This document shows positions 35,091-39,480 of a stretch of DNA of 39,480 nucleotides, one piece after another. Position 1 is the stretch's first letter. Every line of letters begins with the position of its first letter. The notes under the pieces are model-generated. The model was not told the origin of the DNA and ran no database searches. It saw only the letters and a program-made list of their open reading frames with translations. Source of the DNA: a virus (taxonomy: Duplodnaviria > Caudoviricetes); the IMG/VR virus record IMGVR_UViG_3300012890_000003, positions 1 through 39,480 of that record. The stretch is one strand, 5' to 3'. Position numbers and translations under genes: made by a program.

Positions 35091-35191
35091 GATTTTGCGG
35101 GTTTGCCCGTAGGCGGTTTTTGTGAGATTTGGGTAGGTTTCGTAGTGCGGTGGCGGGCTGCCGCTAAGGGGCGCGGGTGGTAGTCATCAGG

Positions 35192-35395
35192 CTAAGCGGG
35201 CGCAAGGGTGGCGAGGTCGCGGGCGGCCTCGAAGGCGCCCGATTCATGGGCCAGCCGCAGGGCCTCCACCACGGCCGGGTGGCCGGGCCGCTGTTTGCGC
35301 AGGGCCTTGCTCACGGCCTGCTTACCGAGGCCGAGCTTGTTGGCGATTTGCTGAATGGCGCCGTGGGGCAGCAACGAGGCGAGGGAAGTAGCCAT
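35192..35395 (-). CDS. Small HTH protein (Cro-like or excisionase candidate)
   Basis: LPHGAIQQIANKLGLGKQAVSKAL is an HTH pattern. Confidence 0.75.
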   Translation of the reverse strand: MATSLASLLPHGAIQQIANKLGLGKQAVSKALRKQRPGHPAVVEALRLAHESGAFEAARDLATLAPA

Positions 35396-35400
35396 AAGAC

Positions 35401-35904
35401 TTAAGCCGCTTGCGCCTGGGCCGTGGGGGGTACCATTTCCACACTCCCCATCACGGCATAGCCGCGCCCTACCGCCTCACGCCGCCGCAGCTCCTGGCGA
35501 AAGGAGAGCGGGCCGTCGGCCAGCATGTCGGTGGCCTGGGCCTCGGTGTAGCGGTCGATGCTCACTAGCATCTTCGTCTTCTCCCAGGGCTTCACCTGGT
35601 GGTGGTTGTAGAGGCTAATAAGCTGCTCTTTCTGGGTGCCGGTGGCGAATACCACAGCGGGCAGCGGGTAGGTAGTGCCTACTTTCTGCGCCAACTTGCC
35701 CAGCACCTCTTCGCCCGTGTCGCCGTAGCTCAGCGAGAAATGGCAGTCGAGCGGGTTGCGCTTCGCGCAGGGGTCCCAGGTGGTCAGCCAGTAATTGAAG
35801 CTGCCCGAGCGGCGGCGCGTAATCTGCGCCTCTACCTCAAAGTCAGCTTTGCCCGTGGCGGCCAGGATGGCCAGGGCGGCGGTGGTGAAGTCGTCGAGTG
35901 ACAT
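35401..35904 (-). CDS. Hypothetical protein, 167 aa
   Basis: ATG ORF tightly packed after the C5 methyltransferase. Confidence 0.75.
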   Translation of the reverse strand: MSLDDFTTAALAILAATGKADFEVEAQITRRRSGSFNYWLTTWDPCAKRNPLDCHFSLSYGDTGEEVLGKLAQKVGTTYPLPAVVFATGTQKEQLISLYNHHQVKPWEKTKMLVSIDRYTEAQATDMLADGPLSFRQELRRREAVGRGYAVMGSVEMVPPTAQAQAA

Positions 35905-35905
35905 A

Positions 35906-36871
35906 CTAATAAGGAGTGGAGAGGGTGGCCTGAATAGCTTGAAAAATCTGGAAGGCGACCTGCGGCACGATGGCGTTGCCGTAGGCTTTTAGCTGTTTAG
36001 CGCGGGGGCTGGCAGTTCGCACCAATCGGCTGGGAAGCCCATCATCTGGGCCACAAAGCGCGGGTTCAGTGAGCCCCCCAGCGTGGTATGCAGCATCGGG
36101 TGGGTGCGGGGCTTGGCCAGTTCCGAGGGTGCGGGCCGGTTGTGCTTGGCATCGTTGGCCTGCGGCGTCGGCAGCAGCGCACTGCCCGCTACTGGAGTGG
36201 GGAGCAGCAACGGGGCCATTATTGCCAAGCCAGGAGCATTCCTCTTGGCTTGGCAAGCACTTGGTATAGCATTCTTTGCATCGTTGCAGGTCGGCGTCGG
36301 CAGCAGGTGCACGGCCAGCGTCAGCGGCATCCCGCCCTGCGCATAAGGCTTGCTGCGGTTCCCGTTGGCCGCGTCCGTGGTGGGCGTGGGCCACAAACCA
36401 AAAGCGGTCGCGGCGGTGGATGGCATCGACACCGCAAGCTGGAAGTAGAAACGGCTGAACGTCGTAGCCTTCAGCTTCCAGCTCAGCACACACCTGCTCG
36501 AATGCCAGCCCCCCGTCGTTACTAAGCAGGCCGCGAACGTTTTCGCCCACGACGTAGCGCGGCTGAACCTCCCGAATGACGCGACGCATTTGCGGCCAGA
36601 GGGCCCGAGCATCGGCTGTGCCAAGCCCCTGCCCTGCGGAGCTGAAGGGCTGGCAGGGGAAGCCTCCGGAGAGCACATCAAGTCTTCCGCGAAAAGGGAG
36701 CCCGTCGAATGTGCAGACATCGGTAAAGAGTTGGGAGTGAGGAAAATTCTTGTGGAGCACCTGGCGGCAGAAGGGGTCTAGCTCGACCTCGAATACATTT
36801 TGCCAGCCCAGCCACTCGGCGGCCAGCGAGAAGCCGCCGATGCCGGAAAAGAGGCCTGCGTGGGTGAGCAT
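35906..36871 (-). CDS. C5-cytosine DNA methyltransferase, alpha chain (motifs I-VIII and X)
   Basis: LFSGIGG, GGFPCQPFS, ENV, HRRDRFW and YGNAIVPQVA motifs; no motif IX visible in this frame. Confidence 0.93.
   Translation of the reverse strand: MLTHAGLFSGIGGFSLAAEWLGWQNVFEVELDPFCRQVLHKNFPHSQLFTDVCTFDGLPFRGRLDVLSGGFPCQPFSSAGQGLGTADARALWPQMRRVIREVQPRYVVGENVRGLLSNDGGLAFEQVCAELEAEGYDVQPFLLPACGVDAIHRRDRFWFVAHAHHGRGQREPQQALCAGRDAADAGRAPAADADLQRCKECYTKCLPSQEECSWLGNNGPVAAPHSSSGQCAAADAAGQRCQAQPARTLGTGQAPHPPDAAYHAGGLTEPALCGPDDGLPSRLVRTASPRAKQLKAYGNAIVPQVAFQIFQAIQATLSTPY
35989..36720 (-). CDS. C5 methyltransferase beta chain in an alternative frame (PTP repeats plus motif IX)
   Basis: 243-aa ORF nested on the same strand; four (W/L)PTP repeats; LNPRFVAQMMGFPADW is motif-IX-like. 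Confidence 0.78.
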   Translation of the reverse strand: MSAHSTGSLFAEDLMCSPEASPASPSAPQGRGLAQPMLGPSGRKCVASFGRFSRATSWAKTFAACLVTTGGWHSSRCVLSWKLKATTFSRFYFQLAVSMPSTAATAFGLWPTPTTDAANGNRSKPYAQGGMPLTLAVHLLPTPTCNDAKNAIPSACQAKRNAPGLAIMAPLLLPTPVAGSALLPTPQANDAKHNRPAPSELAKPRTHPMLHTTLGGSLNPRFVAQMMGFPADWCELPAPALNS

Positions 36872-37026
36872 TAGCCGTTGTGCTCCTGCCACACGGCCCA
36901 CATCTGCGGGTAGCAGCGCTTCAGGTCTTTCTTAGCCTGTTTGATATCCTGCTCGCTCACGCGCTCGGGGTTGTTGAGGATGGCCAGCAGGCTGGCGGCA
37001 GTGGGGACGGTGGAGGTAGTGGCCAT
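36871..37026 (-). CDS. Hypothetical 51-aa early protein
   Basis: MATTSTVPTAASLLAILNNPERVSEQDIKQAKK...; TAATG coupling to the methyltransferase. Confidence 0.7.
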   Translation of the reverse strand: MATTSTVPTAASLLAILNNPERVSEQDIKQAKKDLKRCYPQMWAVWQEHNG

Positions 37027-37048
37027 TGGGGAGGGGTGTTTGTGCGTT

Positions 37049-37095
37049 TTGTAGTTGTGCAAATGTAGCATTACAAAAGCTACAAAGCGCACAAA
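37049..37095 (-). promoter_or_regulatory. Early promoter with operator-like TTGTAG/CTACAA half-sites
   Basis: TACATTTG -7 box on the minus strand (37067-37060), embedded in TTGTAG/TGTAG...CTACAA repeats. Confidence 0.62.
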
Positions 37096-37116
37096 GCAAA
37101 AGAAATTTTTTTAGCC

Positions 37117-37410
37117 TCAGCCTATCATCTCCATTCCCTGTAACTTTTCATTTAGCTCCAACAGGCGTTGCTGGCTGGCTTTTTCAGCCCTATCCAGGTC
37201 AGCCACCACGATTTTTAGAGCGGCCAATACTAATTCGTTTTCATTTCTGCCTGCCACGGCGCCGTGAATTTGCGCTTTGGTCAGTTCTGGAACTAGTTCT
37301 TTTACAGCCTTGCAATAAGGCCGGCCATTCAATTGTAGCCGTAAAGTGCTCATTTGCGCCACGTAAGTAGGCTGCGTGTGCTCAGTCGGTAAATTTTTAT
37401 TGCTGGCCAT
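37117..37410 (-). CDS. Cro-like regulator
   Basis: 97 aa, divergent from the repressor; ELTKAQIHGAVAGR is HTH-like. Confidence 0.65.
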   Translation of the reverse strand: MASNKNLPTEHTQPTYVAQMSTLRLQLNGRPYCKAVKELVPELTKAQIHGAVAGRNENELVLAALKIVVADLDRAEKASQQRLLELNEKLQGMEMIG

Positions 37411-37435
37411 ATTGCTGATAATTAAAAATCCTTTG

Positions 37436-37546
37436 CAACCTTTGTAGTGCGTTGTAGTTAAAATGAGCTACAAAGCCCTCTTGATGTGCAAACGATTAAT
37501 GATGCATCAAAGATACAAAAACCTACAATAGTTTCTAAGCCTACAA
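37436..37546. promoter_or_regulatory. Immunity switch region: operators and promoters
   Basis: TTGTAG-N10-CTACAA palindrome (37452-37473), extra half-sites at 37442, 37523 and 37541; TATCTTTG -7 box on the minus strand (37515-37508). Confidence 0.65.
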
Positions 37547-37566
37547 CAATATTTTTTCACCTCATC

Positions 37567-37989
37567 ATGGAAAAGACATTAGGTCAGCACCTTACTGCCT
37601 TGCGCGAATCCAAGGGGCTCACGCAGGAAGACCTGGCCGACAAGTCGGGCATCAGTCGGCCACAGATTTCCCGCCTGGAGAATAACGAGGTAGAGGCCCC
37701 GCGCCGCACCACGCTAGCCAAGCTGGCCCAGGCGCTGGGTGTGAGCGTGGACAGTATTCAGGTTGAGAGCCTGGCAAAGCGCCCTGCCACGGTAGCTGGC
37801 CGCTTCGCCAGTGCGCAGGACACGGTGGACGCTGCGGTCAATGCGGTGCTGAAGTCTGAAAATGAATTCCTCAAAGCCGAGAACGCACGGCTCTGGGAAA
37901 TGCTGGGAAAGTCCTCAAGTAGTTTAGGTGCAGCCTTAGCGGGCTTGTTCGGTGCTGGCCAGCAGGTCAGCACCCAACTCGCTGCCTAA
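37567..37989 (+). CDS. XRE-family HTH prophage repressor, 140 aa, no S24 peptidase domain
   Basis: LGQHLTALRESKGLTQEDLADKSGISRPQISRLENN; coiled coil LKSENEFLKAENARL; ends STQLAA. Confidence 0.92.
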   Translation: MEKTLGQHLTALRESKGLTQEDLADKSGISRPQISRLENNEVEAPRRTTLAKLAQALGVSVDSIQVESLAKRPATVAGRFASAQDTVDAAVNAVLKSENEFLKAENARLWEMLGKSSSSLGAALAGLFGAGQQVSTQLAA

Positions 37990-38007
37990 GCTGAGCTACT
38001 TTTTTTT
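37905..38007 (+). promoter_or_regulatory. Putative -1 programmed frameshift signal and terminator in the repressor 3' end
   Basis: In-frame G_GGA_AAG (37905-37911), a 6-nt spacer, a long hairpin at 37918-38000, then a T-tract; the -1 frame stops at TAG 37920-37922. Confidence 0.65.
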
Positions 38008-38093
38008 GCCCGTAGCATACACCTACCAGTACCTAAATCGGTAGACAACGGGTAAGCTGCTAATTGTAAGCACGTTAAGCGTCAGGTTATTGA

Positions 38094-38110
38094 CCCCAGC
38101 GGAGCCACAA
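38094..38110 (+). other. Probable attP core resembling a tRNA 3' end
   Basis: CCCCAGCGGAGCCACAA fits a T-stem 3' half (CCCAG), a 7-nt acceptor strand (CGGAGCC) and discriminator A; it lies upstream of int and is followed by a terminator. Confidence 0.6.
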
Positions 38111-38115
38111 TTAGC

Positions 38116-38148
38116 ACCCTCGCCCTACCAGGCGGGGGTATTTTTTTT
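38116..38148 (+). terminator. Intrinsic terminator after the attP core
   Basis: ACCCTCGCC-CTACCA-GGCGGGGGT followed by A and T8. Confidence 0.82.
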
Positions 38149-38374
38149 GCCATTCATTCTCAATTCATTGGCTTTTCATGCCAATGAAATTAGCAACATG
38201 GGGCTAAGGTGCGCGTTCTCAAGCCACTTCCAGCTTTCGGGATTGCGCACCGCGTGCGGCTAGGCAGCCGCCCCACCATCGGCAACGACGCGCAGTACAA
38301 CGGATTTCCCTGGCAGTACCCGAGTAGTCATGCCCGCCCGCCGCTTCTGTACACCTTTTCCGAGTTTCGACTAC

Positions 38375-39480
38375 ATGGATATCCGCTTCTGGCTGCGCCG
38401 CTCTAAAAAGGCTGGCCAGCCGGGTACGGTCTACTGCACCCTGACCACCGGGGGCATTGAGGCCGTGCCGTTCTCGACTGGCATTGCGGCCTGGCCGCCG
38501 GTAGTGGCCGGCCGGCCCACGCCGCGCAGCTGGCAAAACGCGCCAGTGCAGCGCCTGGCCGGCGACTCGGCTGATGTGCAGGCCGACAACGACACGCTCA
38601 CCACCCTCTACCAGCGCCTGCGGAGCCTGCGCACGGAGCTGGAGGCGAAAGGACTGCCCCACGATGCCCATTCTGTGGCCGAGGCCCTCAAGGCGTTCGG
38701 AAAGGCCGCGCCGTCGCTGTTGCAGGCGGCTGAGCTGTTCATTGCGGCCCGCCAGAAGCAGGTGCGGCCAGCCGATGCGCCCGCCTGGGATAAATCCGGC
38801 TTCAGTGCGGCCACCATTACCAAGTACAAGGTACGGCTGGGCCTGCTCCAGGAATACCTCAAAAAGGCGCAGCACGTGCACATGCCGCTGGCCAAATTCA
38901 CCGCCAAGCACGCCGATGCCCTGGCCGAGCTTATCAGCTCGCGGCCGGCAACGGCTGGGCGCTACGCCGGGGCCGCCAGGGGCAAGGGCGGGCCGGCCTA
39001 CGCGGGCAAGGTGGTGGGCTGGGTGAGCCAGGTGCTCGACTACGCCATCAACCAAGAATGGCTCGCGGTAAACCCCCTGGCGGCTTGGTCGCCGCCGAAG
39101 ACATTTGAAAAGGAGCTGATTTATTTGGAAGTGGAGCAGGTGGCCGCGCTGGCCGCGCACCATTTCGGCAGCGACTATTTGCAGCGCGTGGCCGACAGCT
39201 TTCTCTTTTGCTGCTGGACTGGCCTGGCGTGGGCCGACCTCAAGGCGTTCACGCTGGCCACTGAGCAGACGCCTGGCGGCTGGCTCCAGATGCTGCGCAC
39301 CAAAACCGGCACCGCTTTTAACCTGCCACTGCTGCCCGGCGCGGTGGCCCTGCTGCGCAAGTACGCCAGCGCGGGCGGTATTCCCTGCTACGAAAATGCC
39401 CCCACCAACCGGGCGCTTAAGGAAATTGGGGCCGTGCTAGGCTGGCCGCTCGAAGTGACGCACCACGCAGCCCGGCGCAC
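38375..39480 (+). CDS. int: Tyrosine integrase (432 aa when joined across the circular junction to 316)
   Basis: Starts MDIRFWLRRSKK; open frame to the window end; DSFLFCCWTGLAWADL and RTKTG motifs; missed by the ORF track because it is split. Confidence 0.93.
   Translation, partial: MDIRFWLRRSKKAGQPGTVYCTLTTGGIEAVPFSTGIAAWPPVVAGRPTPRSWQNAPVQRLAGDSADVQADNDTLTTLYQRLRSLRTELEAKGLPHDAHSVAEALKAFGKAAPSLLQAAELFIAARQKQVRPADAPAWDKSGFSAATITKYKVRLGLLQEYLKKAQHVHMPLAKFTAKHADALAELISSRPATAGRYAGAARGKGGPAYAGKVVGWVSQVLDYAINQEWLAVNPLAAWSPPKTFEKELIYLEVEQVAALAAHHFGSDYLQRVADSFLFCCWTGLAWADLKAFTLATEQTPGGWLQMLRTKTGTAFNLPLLPGAVALLRKYASAGGIPCYENAPTNRALKEIGAVLGWPLEVTHHAARR
39358..39480. repeat. Terminal overlap, right copy
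   Basis: Identical to bases 1-123. Confidence 0.97.

Larger units (their letters stand above)
1..39480. mobile_element. Complete temperate HK97-like siphovirus genome (excised/circular form), probable Bacteroidota (Hymenobacter-like) host
   Basis: Integrase, repressor, replication, terminase, portal, protease, capsid, tail and lysis modules are all present; the ends overlap; an intact attP-like site lies next to int. Confidence 0.93.

Noticed and set aside
37567-37989. Integration-dependent immunity with attP inside the repressor
   Set aside because: The best attP core candidate lies about 100 bp downstream of the repressor stop.
38060-38110. Complete tRNA gene
   Set aside because: Only a 3' fragment is present; no D-arm, anticodon arm or GTTC T-loop was found.
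38219-39163. 314-aa minus-strand ORF and 38574-39026 plus-strand ORF
   Set aside because: They are shadows of the integrase frame starting at 38375.
39358-39480. 123-bp terminal direct repeat as a biological DTR or att duplication
   Set aside because: It falls mid-integrase with the frame continuous and the phage looks cos-type; it is best explained as assembly overlap of a circular contig.

Overview
The window is a complete, circularly permuted temperate phage genome of about 39,357 bp; bases 39358-39480 repeat bases 1-123, and the break falls inside the integrase. It is an HK97-like cos siphovirus. High GC, Bacteroidota-type promoter boxes, a Bacteroidota-type integrase and a BT4734/VirE-N primase point to a Bacteroidota host, probably Hymenobacter-like (inference). 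The plus strand carries an XRE repressor, a tRNA-derived attP, the tyrosine integrase, small accessory genes and a KilA-N antirepressor. The minus strand carries a Cro-like gene, the early/replication genes, the packaging genes, head, tail and lysis genes. Top observations: (1) the repressor gene has an in-frame G_GGA_AAG slippery site followed 6 nt later by an ~80-nt hairpin, so a -1 frameshift would give a 118-aa repressor lacking the ssrA-like ...QLAA tail of the 140-aa form, a candidate frameshift-controlled degron switch for lysis/lysogeny; (2) three late promoters share an identical 17-bp box, an exact 29-bp spacer and a variant -7 box; (3) an identical 17-nt leader sits before the capsid, tail tube and endolysin genes; (4) a two-frame split C5 methyltransferase; (5) an orphan ~70-nt sRNA; (6) several unusual domain fusions. 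All calls come from manual reading; no searches or folding programs were run.
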